Shown here piece by piece: positions 10,134 through 21,387 of a stretch of DNA of 64,000 nucleotides. Numbering within the stretch: position 1 is the first letter of the stretch; every line of letters starts with the position of its first letter. The translations under genes and the position numbers were made by a program. The notes under the pieces are model-generated. The model searched no databases. It was not told where the DNA came from and saw only the letters and a program-made list of their open reading frames with translations. This DNA comes from an uncultured Candidatus Rokubacteria bacterium (GTDB lineage: Bacteria > Methylomirabilota > Methylomirabilia > Rokubacteriales > CSP1-6): assembly GCA_963789955.1 (NCBI GenBank), contig CAWBMV010000012.1, forward strand, positions 352,001-416,000, in the 5' to 3' direction.

Positions 10134-10986
10134 CTAGACCCTCATCGCCCGCAGGCGGGCGATGCGCTCCTCGAGGGGCGGGTGAGTCGAGAACAGCCGC
10201 ATCAGGGTCGCGCCGCTCAGCGGGTTCACGATGAACAGGTGGGCGGTCGCCGGTGTCGCGTCCGCCATCGGCATCTGCTGGTTCGCCATCTGAAGCTTCT
10301 CGAGCGCCTTCATCAGTCCCCAGCGGCTTGCCGGCGACCTTCGCGCCGGTGGCGTCGGCCTGGAACTCACGGGAGCGCGAGACCGCCATCTGGACGAGCA
10401 ACGCGGCGATCGGCGCCAGGACCGCCAGCAGGATCATCGCGATCGGGTTCGATCCGCCCTCTTCGTCGTCTCGGCCGCGCCCGCCGAACATCGCGGCCCA
10501 CTGCGCCATGTGCGCGAGATAGGTGATGGCGCCGGCCAGGGTCGCGGCGATCGTCGAGATCAGCATGTCGCGGTTCTTCACGTGGGAGAGCTCGTGCGCG
10601 AGGACACCCTCGAGCTCTTCTTCGTCGAGGATCCGCATGATTCCCTCGGTCACGGCCACGACGGCGTGCTCGGGGTTGCGGCCCGTCGCGAAGGCGTTCG
10701 GCGTCTCGCTCGGGATCAGGTAGACGCGAGGCATCGGGATGCCGGCGCGGGTGGCCAGACGGTGCACGATCGCGTAGAGTCGGGGCGCTGCGGCCTCCTC
10801 GATCGGCTGCGCCCTATAGGCGGCGAGCACCATCTTGTCGGAGAACCAATAGCTGACGAAGTTCATCACGACGGCCACGAAGAACGCGACGAGCATGCCT
10901 TGGCGGCCGCCGATGGCGCCGCCGATTAAAACGAGCATCACTGTCAGGACGGCCAACAGGAGCCCGGTCTTGAACACGTTTGACAT
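10134..10986 (-). CDS. htpX: Zinc metalloprotease HtpX (frameshift near 10325)
   Basis: [20 protein letters not shown] motif, [16 protein letters not shown]. Confidence 0.95.
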
Positions 10987-11038
10987 GGTCGAAGCCTAGC
11001 AGAGGGTCCTATAGTGGTCAAATGAGGGGTCAAATGCC

Positions 11039-11068
11039 TTGACTTGCAGGCATATCGGCCGATATACT
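11039..11068 (+). promoter_or_regulatory. Putative sigma70 promoter of the yceD-rpmF-fab operon
   Basis: TTGACT (11039-44), 18-nt spacer, TATACT (11063-68) in an AT-rich intergenic region. Confidence 0.65.
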
Positions 11069-11115
11069 GACCCGACTTGAGTAAAAACTCGTTTGTTGAT
11101 GATGATTTAGCGAGC

Positions 11116-11626
11116 ATGATCGTCCGGGTTCCGGATATCCCGACCGAGGGGCTGAGCGTCACGGACGCGCGTGGCGCTGGGGGAGGTCTATCGCGACCCC
11201 GCCTGGCGGCTCCTGGATGTGAACCTTCGCCTGGAGCGCGACGGCTTGGACGTCTTCGTGACCGGCGAGGTCCGCGCGGCGGTGTCGCAGGCCTGCGGGC
11301 GGTGCCTCGAGCCGTCTCCCGCCGAGGTCACGGCGACCCTGGACGTGCGGCTCGTGCCGCGTCCGTCCACGGCGGACAACGTCGAGCTCGCGGCTGATGA
11401 CCTCGACGTGGATTTCTACGACAAGGACCTGATCGACATCGGCGCCTTGATCGACGCCGAGACGACGCTCGCGCTTCCCATGAAGCCGCTGTGCCGCGAA
11501 GGCTGTCTTGGGCTCTGTCGGGTTTGCGGCGGGAACCGGAATGTGGTCAAGTGCGAGTGCCCAGAGCGCCCGCCGGATCCACGGCTGGCTGCCCTCAAAG
11601 ACCTGGCCTCGCGGCTTTCCCACTAG
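11116..11626 (+). CDS. yceD: DUF177/YceD family protein (frameshift near 11170)
   Basis: CGRCL, LALPMKPLCREGCLGLCRVCG, DPRLAAL; directly upstream of rpmF. Confidence 0.9.
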
Positions 11627-11635
11627 GAGAATCCG

Positions 11636-11818
11636 ATGCCTCTGCCGAAACGACGCCACTCGAAGACGCGCGGACGTAAGCGCCGTACCCACTACAAGCT
11701 CGCGGCTCCGACGCGCTCCGTGTGTCCGCAATGCCGTGAGACCAAGCTGCCGCACCGGGTCTGCCCGCACTGTGGCTATTACAAGGGGCGGGAGATCGTG
11801 GCGGTCGAAGGGACCTAG
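11636..11818 (+). CDS. rpmF: 50S ribosomal protein L32 (zinc-ribbon type)
   Basis: [12 protein letters not shown]...CPQC...[14 protein letters not shown]. Confidence 0.98.
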   Translation: MPLPKRRHSKTRGRKRRTHYKLAAPTRSVCPQCRETKLPHRVCPHCGYYKGREIVAVEGT

Positions 11819-11842
11819 CCGGCTCGTCACGGCGCCGAGCAC

Positions 11843-12901
11843 ATGCCGATGACCAACGGAGACGGTGCGCCGTCCCGCCTGAAGGTCGCCGTCGACGCGA
11901 TGGGCGGCGATTACGGTCCTCGCGTCGTGGTCGAGGGCGCAGTGGCTGCCGTCCGAGAGTTCGGCGCCGCGGTGATCCTCGTGGGTGATCGATCCGCGAT
12001 CAACCGCGAGGTCGTCCGGCTCGACGCCCAGAGTCTTGCGCTCGAGATTCGCCATGCCTCACAGGTCGTCGGGATGGCGGAGAGCCCCTCGCAGGCCCTC
12101 AGACGCAAGCGCGACTCGTCGCTACGCGTCGCGGCGGACCTCGTCAAGGACGGCAAGGCCTCCGCGTTCATCTCGGCCGGGAACACCGGTGCCGCGATGG
12201 CGATCTCGATGTTCGTCATCGGCGTCCTGCCCGGCGTGGACCGCCCGGCGATCGCCGCGGTGCTCCCGAATCTTCGCAAGTTCACGATCCTGCTCGACGC
12301 CGGCGCGAACGTCGATCCCAAGCCGATGCACCTCTTGCAGTTCGCGGTCATGGGCCACGTCTACGCCCGCGACATCCTCGGCCTCGACAGCCCGCGCGTC
12401 GGGCTCCTGTCGGTCGGCGAGGAGGAGGGCAAGGGCAACGAGCTCACGAAGGAGACCTACGAGCAGCTCCGCGAGTCGTCGCTGAACTTCGTCGGCAACG
12501 TGGAGGGCCGCGACATCTACAACGGCCGGTGCGACGTCGTCGTCACCGACGGCTTCACCGGCAACGTCGCGCTCAAGATCTCCGAGAGCCTGGCCGAGAT
12601 GATCGGCGCCATGATCAAGGAAGAGCTGCTGCGGGACACGCGGTCGAAGCTCGGCGCGAAGCTCGCGATGCCGGCCTTCGAGCGATTCCGTAAGCGGATC
12701 GACTACACCGAGATGGGCGGCGCACCCCTGCTCGGCATTGACGGCGCCGCCATCATCTGTCACGGTGCCTCGCCGGTGAAGGCCATCAAGAACGCGGTGC
12801 GCGTCGCGCAGGAGTGGGCGAACGCCGGACTGAACGAGCACATCAAGGCCGCTCTGGAGGCGGAGGTGCAGCGCGGCGGTCGAGAAGGGGGACGTGAATG
12901 A
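11843..12901 (+). CDS. plsX: Phosphate acyltransferase PlsX
   Basis: [41 protein letters not shown]. Confidence 0.97.
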   Translation: MPMTNGDGAPSRLKVAVDAMGGDYGPRVVVEGAVAAVREFGAAVILVGDRSAINREVVRLDAQSLALEIRHASQVVGMAESPSQALRRKRDSSLRVAADLVKDGKASAFISAGNTGAAMAISMFVIGVLPGVDRPAIAAVLPNLRKFTILLDAGANVDPKPMHLLQFAVMGHVYARDILGLDSPRVGLLSVGEEEGKGNELTKETYEQLRESSLNFVGNVEGRDIYNGRCDVVVTDGFTGNVALKISESLAEMIGAMIKEELLRDTRSKLGAKLAMPAFERFRKRIDYTEMGGAPLLGIDGAAIICHGASPVKAIKNAVRVAQEWANAGLNEHIKAALEAEVQRGGREGGRE

Positions 12902-13901
12902 CTCGAGCGAGGATTACGGGAGTCGGCGCGTTCCTCCCGAAGCGGATCCTGACGAACGCCGATCTCGAGAAGATGGTCGACACGAACGACGAGTGGATCG
13001 TGCAGCGGACCGGCATCCGCGAGCGCCGCATCGTCGACGAGAACGAGGCGACGTCCGACCTGGCCGTGCGCGCGGCGCAACAGGCGCTCGAGCGAGCCAA
13101 TCTCCTTCCCGGAAGACGTCGAGTTCATCGCGGTCGGGACGACGAGTCCGGACATGATCTTCCCGACGACCGGCGAACATCGTCCAGCACCGGCTCGGCT
13201 GCCGGCGCGCCGGTTCGGTGGACATGCTCGCGGCGTGCGCGGGTTCGGTCTACAGCCTGTCGGTCGGCTCGGCGTTCATCCAGTCCGGGAAGTACCGGCG
13301 CGTGCTCTGCATCGGGGCCGAGACGCTCTCGCGCATCACGGATTTCACCGACCGCGGGACGTGCGTGCTGCTCGCCGACGCCGCGGGCGCGGCGGTGCTC
13401 GAGGCGTCCGAGGACGAGCGCGGGATCATCGACTTCGATCTCTATTCCGACGGCCAGTACTGGGACCTGCTGTACATGCCGGGCGGCGGCTCGCGTCATC
13501 CCGCGACGAAAGAGACCGTCGATGCCCGGATGCACTTCGCCAAGATGAAGGGCAACGAGGTGTTCAAGGTCGCCGTCCGCCTGTTCGTGGACTGCGCCGA
13601 GCGAATACTCGCGCGCAACGGATTCACGGCGAAGGATGTGAGCCTGTTCATTCCGCATCAGGCCAATTTGAGGATCATCGAGGCGGCCGCCAAGCGTGTC
13701 GACCTCCCGATGGACCGGGTCTTCGTGAACGTCGACCGCTACGGCAATACCGGCGCGGCATCGGTCTACGTCGCGCTCGAAGAGGCCAACGCGGCCGGAC
13801 GACTGAAGCGTGGCGATCTCGTGCTCATCGTCGCCCTCGGCGGCGGTTTCGCCTGGGGCGCCGCCCTCGTGAGCGCGGGTGCGGGACTCGCGTCACTTTA
13901 G
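12898..13901 (+). CDS. fabH: Beta-ketoacyl-ACP synthase III (frameshifts near 13110-13175)
   Basis: [32 protein letters not shown] catalytic C-H-N motifs. Confidence 0.93.
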
Positions 13902-13911
13902 GCCACCCTCG

Positions 13912-14889
13912 GTGAAAGCCGGCCATGCACCCGCACACACCGTCGCGTTTCTCTTCCCCGGCCAGGGCTCGCAAGCCGTCGGGATGGGCAAGGGCTTCTA
14001 CGAGATGTCCGCCGGCGCCAAGGCCATCTTCGAGGAAGCCAACGATTCGCTCGGCTTCGATCTCGCTCGGCTCGCATTCGAAGGCCCGGAGGCCGAGCTG
14101 GCGCTGACCGCCAACACCCAGCCCGCGGTCCTGACCGCGTCGGTGGCCGCCGCGACGGCGTGCGCCGAGCGGGGCCTTCGGCCGACCCTGGCGGCCGGCC
14201 ACAGCCTCGGCGAATACACCGCGCTGGTCGTCGCCGGTGCGATCCGCTTCTCGGACGCCGTCCGCATCGTGCGCAAGCGCGGCGAGTTCATGCAAGAGGC
14301 CGTGCCCGTCGGGACCGGCGCGATGGCCGCCATCATGGGGCTCGAGCTCGCGGCCGTCGAGAAGGTGTGCGCCGACGCCGCGCAGGGCGAGGTGGTCGAG
14401 ATCGCGAACGTGAACTCGGCCCTCCAGATCGTCATCGCCGGCCACCGATCGGCCGTCGAGCGCGCCGTCGCGCTCGCCACCGAGCGGGGCGGGAAGATGA
14501 GCGTCATGCTCCCGGTGAGCGCGCCCTTCCATTGCTCGCTCATGGCGCCGGCCGGCGCGCGGCTCGAGCCCGAGCTCGACGCCGCCCGCGTGACGGATCC
14601 GCGCGTGCCGGTCGTCCGCAACGTCGACGCCGGGGTCACGCGCAAGGCCGATGACGTGCGGCCGTTCCTTCTGCGCCAGGTCGCCAGCCCCGTCCGGTGG
14701 ACGGAGTGCGTCCAGCGGCTCGCCGCCGAGGGCGCGACCGCCTTCGTCGAGGTGGGGCCGGGCCGCGTGCTCTCGGGATTGCTCCGGCGCATCGTCAACG
14801 GCGCGCGGGGGCAGTCGATCGAGGATCCGGCCGGCCTCGAGAAGGCGCTGACTGCCGTCGCGGGCGGCGGTGCCGAGTCGCGCTCGTGA
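13912..14889 (+). CDS. fabD: Malonyl-CoA:ACP transacylase
   Basis: FPGQGSQ, GHSLGEY, VSAPFHC, VEVGPG. Confidence 0.97.
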   Translation: MKAGHAPAHTVAFLFPGQGSQAVGMGKGFYEMSAGAKAIFEEANDSLGFDLARLAFEGPEAELALTANTQPAVLTASVAAATACAERGLRPTLAAGHSLGEYTALVVAGAIRFSDAVRIVRKRGEFMQEAVPVGTGAMAAIMGLELAAVEKVCADAAQGEVVEIANVNSALQIVIAGHRSAVERAVALATERGGKMSVMLPVSAPFHCSLMAPAGARLEPELDAARVTDPRVPVVRNVDAGVTRKADDVRPFLLRQVASPVRWTECVQRLAAEGATAFVEVGPGRVLSGLLRRIVNGARGQSIEDPAGLEKALTAVAGGGAESRS

Positions 14890-15635
14890 AGGGCCCTCTC
14901 GATGGCAAGGTCGCGATCGTCACCGGCGGCAGCCGCGGGATCGGCGCCGAGGTCGGCGCGCGGCTGGCCGAGGACGGCGCGGCCGTGGTAGTCTCGGGGC
15001 GCGACGGCGAGCGGCTGCAACATACCGTTCGCGAATGGGAAACGCAGGGCCGGGCGGTGCTCGGTGTCGTCGCCGACGCGGCGAGCCGCGAGGATTGCGA
15101 GCGACTCGTGAGCACGGCGAAGCAGCATTTCGGGCGCATCGACATCCTCGTCAACAATGCCGGCATGACGCACGACCAGTTGCTGGTGCGGATGACGGAC
15201 GAGGACTGGGATCGAGTGATGGAGGTCAATCTCCGCAGCGCGTTCTTGATGACGCGGGCGGTGAGCAAGGCGCTGGTCAGACAGAAAAGCGGCGGGCGCG
15301 TCATCAACATCACGTCGACGGCGGGCGCGATGGGCAACGCCGGTCAGGTGAACTACTCGGCGGCGAAGGCCGGGCTCATCGGGTTCACCAAGGCGGCGGC
15401 CCGCGAGCTCGCGCACTGGTCGATCCTCGTGAACGCGGTCGCCCCCGGGCTCATCGAGACCGACATGACCAAAGATCTGTCGGCGACCGCCCGCGAGGCG
15501 CTGCTCGCCCAGGTGCCACTCAAACGCAGCGGAACGGCCCGTGAAGTGGCCGAGATGGTACGATTCCTCGCCGGAGACGGGGCGACCTACGTCACGGGTC
15601 AGGTCTTCCACGTCAACGGCGGACTTTACATGTAA
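14886..15635 (+). CDS. fabG: 3-oxoacyl-ACP reductase
   Basis: [21 protein letters not shown], between fabD and acpP. Confidence 0.95.
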   Translation: MKGPLDGKVAIVTGGSRGIGAEVGARLAEDGAAVVVSGRDGERLQHTVREWETQGRAVLGVVADAASREDCERLVSTAKQHFGRIDILVNNAGMTHDQLLVRMTDEDWDRVMEVNLRSAFLMTRAVSKALVRQKSGGRVINITSTAGAMGNAGQVNYSAAKAGLIGFTKAAARELAHWSILVNAVAPGLIETDMTKDLSATAREALLAQVPLKRSGTAREVAEMVRFLAGDGATYVTGQVFHVNGGLYM

Positions 15636-15664
15636 CTCATCCTTTCCGTGGAGGTAACGGGTTC

Positions 15665-15901
15665 ATGGCGAAGTCAGTCGATGAGAAGGTGAAGGAGATC
15701 ATCGTCGAGCAGCTCGGGGTGGAGGAGGACGACGTCACTCCGTCGGCGAAGTTCATCGAAGATCTGGGCGCCGACTCCCTCGATACGGTCGAGCTGGTGA
15801 TGGCCCTCGAGGAGCACTTCGACATCCAGATCCCCGACGAGGACGCCGAGAAGATCGTGACCGTCGGCGACGCGGTCCAGTACATCAAGGACAACTCGTA
15901 G
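15665..15901 (+). CDS. acpP: Acyl carrier protein
   Basis: [18 protein letters not shown]; strong GGAGG upstream. Confidence 0.98.
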   Translation: MAKSVDEKVKEIIVEQLGVEEDDVTPSAKFIEDLGADSLDTVELVMALEEHFDIQIPDEDAEKIVTVGDAVQYIKDNS

Positions 15902-15904
15902 ACG

Positions 15905-17149
15905 GTGAATACGCGAAGGGTCGTCGTCACCGGTCTCGGGACCCTCTCGCCGGTCGGCAATACCGCGGACGAGTTCTGGACCGCGCTCATCCAGGGGCGC
16001 TCGGGCGTCGGGATGATCACGAGGTTCGACACCACCGGCTATCCGACTCGTATCGCCGGTGAGGTGCGGAATTTCGACCCGCTGAACTTCGTCGACAAGA
16101 AGGAAGCGCGGCGACTCGATCCCTATCTGCAGTACGCGATCGCGTCCGCGGTGCTGGCCGTCCAGGATGCCGCGCTCGACACCGGCAAGGTCGACGGCAA
16201 TCGGTTCGGCGTCCTCATCGGCTCCGGCATCGGCGGCATCTCGACGCTCCTCGAATCCCATCGGAATCTCATCGAGAAGGGGCCCGACCGGGTCTCGCCC
16301 TTCTTCATTCCGATGCTCATCGCGAACATGGCGTCAGGGCTCGTGTCGATGCGCTTCGGCGCCAAGGGACCGAACTCCGCCGTGGTCACGGCGTGCGCCA
16401 CCGGCAACCACGCGATCGGTGACTCGTTCAAGATCATCCAGCGCGCGGACGCCGACATCATGATCGCCGGCGGCTCCGAGGCCATCATCGTCCCGCTGAC
16501 GATCGCCGGCTTCTGCTCGATGAAGGCCATGTCCACGCGCAACGACGAGCCGACGAAGGCGATGCGGCCGTTCGACGCCAACCGCGACGGCTTCGTGGCC
16601 GGAGAGGGCGCCGGCATCCTCGTGCTGGAGTCGCTCGACCACGCGCTCGCGCGGGACGCGCGGATCTACGCCGAGATCGTCGGCTACGGGATGACCGGCG
16701 ACGCCCATCACATGACGGCGCCCGATCCGGAGGGCGACGGCGCGGCGCGGGCGATGGCCGCGGCGGTCCGAGACGCGGGGCTGGACGTCTCCGACGTCGG
16801 GTACATCAACGCCCACGGGACGTCGACGCTCTACAACGACAAGTTCGAGACGATCGCCATCAAGCGGGTCTTCGGCGACCACGCGCGGCGCCTGGCCGTC
16901 TCCTCGACGAAGTCGATGACGGGCCATCTGCTCGGCGCCGCCGGCGGCATCGAGGCGATCGCGACGGTGCTCGCGCTGCATCACGGCGTGCTGCCGCCGA
17001 CGATCAACTACGAGACACCCGATCCCGACTGCGACCTCGACTACATCCCCAACCAGGCGCGCAAGCAGGACGTCGAGGTGGCGCTCTCGAACGCGTTCGG
17101 CTTCGGCGGCACGAACGCGACGCTGGCCTTCCGCGCTTACCGCAAGTAG
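15905..17149 (+). CDS. fabF: Beta-ketoacyl-ACP synthase II
   Basis: [33 protein letters not shown]. Confidence 0.97.
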   Translation: MNTRRVVVTGLGTLSPVGNTADEFWTALIQGRSGVGMITRFDTTGYPTRIAGEVRNFDPLNFVDKKEARRLDPYLQYAIASAVLAVQDAALDTGKVDGNRFGVLIGSGIGGISTLLESHRNLIEKGPDRVSPFFIPMLIANMASGLVSMRFGAKGPNSAVVTACATGNHAIGDSFKIIQRADADIMIAGGSEAIIVPLTIAGFCSMKAMSTRNDEPTKAMRPFDANRDGFVAGEGAGILVLESLDHALARDARIYAEIVGYGMTGDAHHMTAPDPEGDGAARAMAAAVRDAGLDVSDVGYINAHGTSTLYNDKFETIAIKRVFGDHARRLAVSSTKSMTGHLLGAAGGIEAIATVLALHHGVLPPTINYETPDPDCDLDYIPNQARKQDVEVALSNAFGFGGTNATLAFRAYRK

Positions 17150-17593
17150 GTGGATCCGCTCCGCGTCGCCGAGCTGGAGCGACGGCTCGGCTACCGGTTC
17201 CGTGAGCCGCGGCTTCTCGAACAGGCGCTGACGCACGCCTCGTACGCCAACGAGCATCCGCCGGCGGCGGATCACTCACGCCTGGCGTTCCTCGGTGACG
17301 CGGCCCTCGCGCTGGTCGTCGCCGACCGCGTGATGGCCGGCGACGCGTCCGCGCCGGTCGGCGCTCTCACATCCCAGCGCGCGGAGCTGGTCGCCGAGGC
17401 ACGGCTCGCGCGCTGGGCCGCCGATCTCGAGCTGGGAGCCCTTCTGCGTCTGGGTCGCGGCGAGGACCAGTCGGGCGGGCGCACGCGCGACTCGATTCTG
17501 GCCACTGCGCTCGAGGCCGTGCTCGGCGCGATCTATGCGGAGGGCGGCCTCGAAGCCCTGCGCGACACGGTGGGGCTTCTGGCCGCGTGGTAG
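17150..17593 (+). CDS. RNase III nuclease-domain protein lacking dsRBD, with Mini-III-like motifs
   Basis: LGYRF...ALTHAS, RLAFLGDA, LGRGE, ATALEAVLGAIY; 147 aa, at the usual rnc position after fabF. Confidence 0.85.
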   Translation: MDPLRVAELERRLGYRFREPRLLEQALTHASYANEHPPAADHSRLAFLGDAALALVVADRVMAGDASAPVGALTSQRAELVAEARLARWAADLELGALLRLGRGEDQSGGRTRDSILATALEAVLGAIYAEGGLEALRDTVGLLAAW

Positions 17594-17601
17594 CCTGAAG
17601 C

Positions 17602-18807
17602 ATGCGCTGGTGGCCGATCCGGGCGCGGGCGCGGCGTCTTCCGCCGCCGCCTCCGCCGGACGAGATGCTCGTCATCGAGGACCGCCTGCGCCGGAACGTC
17701 GAGGACGTCCTGTCGATCCGCGACCGCCAGATTCGCGGCGGGATCGTGGTGTTTCGCGGCAACCTCATGACCGAGCCCGCCCGCGCGCTCGATCTGCTGA
17801 TCGCGCGCTTCCGCCCGTTCGGCTACACGCCGTATCTGCGAGAGGAGGCGGGCGGCGCCGCCGTCCAGGCCTGGCCGGTTGCGGAGACGGCGCCGCGCTG
17901 GCGGATCGGGGTCAACCTGGCTCTGTTCGCGCTCACCGTGGTGTCGACGCTCGCCGCGGGGCTCTCGTTCGTCGGCTCGCCGACGTTCGATGCGCTACGG
18001 TCGACTCCGTCCGCGGCCCGATTCCTCGCCGGGGCGCCGTTCGCGTTCACCTTGCTGGCGATCCTCGGCGTCCACGAGCTCGGTCACTACTTCACGGCGC
18101 GCCACTACCGAGCGTCGGTGAGCCTTCCGTACTTCATCCCGGCGCCGTTCCTCTTCGGCACGCTCGGGGCCATCATTCTCATGCGATCGCCGGCGCGCGA
18201 CCGGAACTCGCTGTTCGACATCGCCGCGGCCGGGCCGCTGGCCGGACTGGCCGTCGCGCTGCCCGCAGGCCTTCTGGGTTTCGCGTGGTCTTCGGTCGTG
18301 CCGGTGCCGGCGGGTGGCTACATGGCGTTCGGCGACTCGCTGCTCACGTGGGGACTCGCCTACCTGCGCTTCGGACACATCCCGCCGGGGTACATGCTCT
18401 TCACGCATCCGATGGCCGACGCGGCGTGGGCCGGATTTCTCGTCACCGCGCTGAACCTCTTCCCCGTGGGGCAGCTCGACGGCGGCCGGATCGCCTACGC
18501 GCTCTTCGGTCGGCATCACCGGAAGATCGGCAAGGCGACGGTCGTGGCGCTGCTGCTCCTCGGCGCCTGGTCCTTCGTCTGGAGCCTCAGGGCTCCGGGC
18601 GCCGACACCCTCTCGGCGCTGGCCGCGTCGCTGAACTGGTTCGTGTGGGCGGGCCTGATCTCGCTGCTCGTGGGCTTTCACCACAGCCCACCGCTCGACG
18701 ACCTGTCGCCGATCTCGCCCGGCCGTCGTGTCGTGGGCATCGCGTGCCTGGTCCTGATGGTGCTGCTGATTCCGCCGCCGATGAACCCGCTCGTCGCGAT
18801 TCGCTAG
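17602..18807 (+). CDS. Site-2 protease (peptidase M50) family
   Basis: HELGH, DIAAAGPLAG, NLFPVGQLDGG; many TM helices. Confidence 0.93.
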   Translation: MRWWPIRARARRLPPPPPPDEMLVIEDRLRRNVEDVLSIRDRQIRGGIVVFRGNLMTEPARALDLLIARFRPFGYTPYLREEAGGAAVQAWPVAETAPRWRIGVNLALFALTVVSTLAAGLSFVGSPTFDALRSTPSAARFLAGAPFAFTLLAILGVHELGHYFTARHYRASVSLPYFIPAPFLFGTLGAIILMRSPARDRNSLFDIAAAGPLAGLAVALPAGLLGFAWSSVVPVPAGGYMAFGDSLLTWGLAYLRFGHIPPGYMLFTHPMADAAWAGFLVTALNLFPVGQLDGGRIAYALFGRHHRKIGKATVVALLLLGAWSFVWSLRAPGADTLSALAASLNWFVWAGLISLLVGFHHSPPLDDLSPISPGRRVVGIACLVLMVLLIPPPMNPLVAIR

Positions 18808-18850
18808 CAGGCTGCGCAAAAGGTCCAGCGGGACCCTTTGCGCAGCCTGC
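18807..18850. repeat. Palindromic REP/MITE-like element
   Basis: gcaggctgcgcaaa-a-ggtcc-agcg-ggacc-c-tttgcgcagcctgc: 14-bp plus 5-bp arms with one mismatch. Confidence 0.8.
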
Positions 18851-18893
18851 CGACTCGTGACACATGCCAGCCCGGTACGCTACTATCCGCGTC

Positions 18894-20267
18894 ATGCCGG
18901 GACGGCTCGATCGCAAGCGACTCGCGCAGCTCATCGAGAAGGGCGACGTCGACACCGTCCTCACCGTGTTCCCCGATGCGCTCGGCCGCCTCATGGGCAA
19001 GCGCGTCGTCGGCCGTTACTTCCTCGATCACGTCATCGACGACGGCGCGCACGCCTGCATCTACCTCTTCACCGTCGACATGGAGATGGAGCCGCTTCCC
19101 GGGTTCAAGCTCACGTCGTGGGAGCGCGGCTACGGGGACATGAAGATGGTCCCGGATCTCGCGACCGCGCGGATCATCCCGTGGCTGCCGAAGACCGCGC
19201 TCGTGTTCTGCGACGTGTTCACCGAAGAGGGGGAGCCGATCGAGGAAGCGCCGCGCTGGATCCTCAAGCGGCAGATCGAGCGCGCGACGGCCCTCGGCTA
19301 CGTCGTCAAGACCGCGGCCGAGCTCGAGCTCTATTGCTTCAAGGAGTCGTTCGAGGAGGCGCGCCGAAAGCGCTATCACGACCTGACACCGGTGTCCGGC
19401 TACCTCGAGGACTACCACATCCTGCAGACCTCGAAGGAAGAGCCGCTGATCCGCGCGATCCGCAACGGCATGGAGGCCGCGGACGTTCCGGTCGAGACCT
19501 CGAAGGGCGAGTGGGGCCGCGGACAGGAAGAGATCAACCTCCGCTACGCGGAGGCGCTCGAGATGGCGGATCGCACCGCGCTCTACAAGCACGGCGCGAA
19601 GGAGATCGCGCACCAGCAGGGCTCGGCCATCACGTTCATGGCCAAGTACGACATGACCGCCGCCGGCTCGTCGTTCCATCTGCATTCGTCGCTCTGGGAC
19701 AAGACCGGACGCAAGGCCTTGTTCGCGTCGGCGGGACGAGGCGCCAAGACCACCAGCACGCCGCTCTTCGGTCAGTGGCTGGCCGGCCAGATGGCGATGG
19801 CGCGGGAGTTCGCGTACTTCTATGCGCCGGGCGTGAACTCGTACAAGCGCTATCAGTCCGGGTCGTTCGCGCCGACGCGCATCGTGGCCGGCTGGGACAA
19901 TCGCACGTGCGGCTTCCGGCTCTGCGGCGAGGGCGGCGGATTTCGGGTCGAGAACCGGATCCCCGGCGCCGACGCCAATCCCTATCTCGCCTTCGCGGCG
20001 ACGATCGCGGCCGGGCTGCACGGGATCGCGAGTACCTTGAAGCCGCCCAAGCCCTACGACGGTAACGCCTACGAAGACGCGACCCTGCCCCAGGTGCCCA
20101 AGACGCTCCGCGAGGCGATCGCCGAGCTCGAGCGCTCGAAGGTCGCGCGCTCGGCGTTCGGAGAGCGCGTCGTCGATCACTACCTGCACGCCGCGCGGCT
20201 GGAGCAGCAGGCGTTCGACCAGGTCGTGACCGACTGGGAGCTCGGGCGCAATTTCGAAAGGATCTAG
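18894..20267 (+). CDS. Glutamine synthetase-like (gamma-glutamyl ligase, PuuA-type) protein
   Basis: GRLMGKR, ELE, GQEEINL, GSSFHLHSSL, NSYKR, DNRT, ENRIPGADANPYL. Confidence 0.92.
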   Translation: MPGRLDRKRLAQLIEKGDVDTVLTVFPDALGRLMGKRVVGRYFLDHVIDDGAHACIYLFTVDMEMEPLPGFKLTSWERGYGDMKMVPDLATARIIPWLPKTALVFCDVFTEEGEPIEEAPRWILKRQIERATALGYVVKTAAELELYCFKESFEEARRKRYHDLTPVSGYLEDYHILQTSKEEPLIRAIRNGMEAADVPVETSKGEWGRGQEEINLRYAEALEMADRTALYKHGAKEIAHQQGSAITFMAKYDMTAAGSSFHLHSSLWDKTGRKALFASAGRGAKTTSTPLFGQWLAGQMAMAREFAYFYAPGVNSYKRYQSGSFAPTRIVAGWDNRTCGFRLCGEGGGFRVENRIPGADANPYLAFAATIAAGLHGIASTLKPPKPYDGNAYEDATLPQVPKTLREAIAELERSKVARSAFGERVVDHYLHAARLEQQAFDQVVTDWELGRNFERI

Positions 20268-20272
20268 CGAGC

Positions 20273-21387
20273 GTGAGCGACCGAGAGTGGATTCTCCTCA
20301 ACCCGGGCCCGGCCAACACGAGCCGCGAGGTTCGCGAGGCGCTGGTGATGCCGGATCTCTGCCACCGCGAGCCGGAGTTCTTCGAGGTGATGCGCGACTG
20401 TCGCGAGCGGCTCGTGCGTCTCGCCGAGGGCGGCGACGGCTTCGCGGCCGTCCTGTTCACGGGCTCGGGCACCGCGGCCGTCGAGGCGGCGGTGGCCTCC
20501 GCCGTGCCGGCCGACGGCGGCCTTCTCGTCATCGACAACGGCGTCTACGGCGATCGTTTACTTCGCATCACGCGCGCCCACGGGATCCGGGCTCACGCGC
20601 TGTCCTACGACGTGGCCACGGCGGCGCGTCCCGACGACGTGCGCGCGGCGCTGCGCGCGGACCGTCAGCTGACCCACGTCGCGGTCGTGCACCACGAGAC
20701 GACCACGGGTGTTCTCAATCCCGTGGCCGAGATCGCACGCGCCGCCGCGTCCGAGGGACGCCGCGTCCTGGTCGACGCGATGAGCTCGCTCTTCGGCGAG
20801 CCGCTCGACGTCACTCAGGACGGGATCGACTTCGTGATGGCCAGCGCCAACAAGTGCCTGCAGGGCGTGCCGGGGATCTCGTTCGTGCTCGCCCGGCGGC
20901 AGGCACTCGACGCGCTCCGGGGCAAGCCGCCGCGCAGCGTCTATCTCGATCTCTCCAACCACTACGTCACGCAGGAGCAGGACAACACACCGTTCACACC
21001 GGCGGTCCAGGTCCTGCACGCGATGCGACAGGCGCTGCGGGAGCTCGAGAAGGAAGGCGTGCCCGAGCGGATCGCCCGGTACGCGCGAGAACGCGCGGGT
21101 CTTGCGCCGGGGCATGACGGCGCTCGGCTTCGAGATGCTCGTGCCCGAGGGCGCTCGCTCGAGCATCCTCACGACGTTCAAGCTGCTGCCGGGCATCGGC
21201 GTACGACCCGCTCCACGACGCGATGAAGCGCCGCGGCTACATCATCTACGCCGGGCAGGGGGACATCCGGAAGTACGCGTTTCGCGTCTCGAACATGGGG
21301 ACGCTCACGCCGACGGACATGCAGGGCGTCGTCAACGCGTTCGGGGAGAGCGTCGCGGAGCTGCGGCAGGCCGGAGGGATGCGATGA
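20273..21387 (+). CDS. Class V PLP aminotransferase, PhnW/AEP-transaminase-like (frameshifts near 21085 and 21200)
   Basis: LLNPGP, GSGTAAVE, HHETTTGVLNP, VDAMSS, SANKCLQGVPG, PFTP; C-terminus IIYAGQG...FRVSNMG. Confidence 0.85.

Noticed and set aside
20273..21387. Calling the aminotransferase phnW and the cluster a phosphonate pathway
   Set aside because: No phnX, phnA or phosphonate transporter genes nearby; only the family is supported
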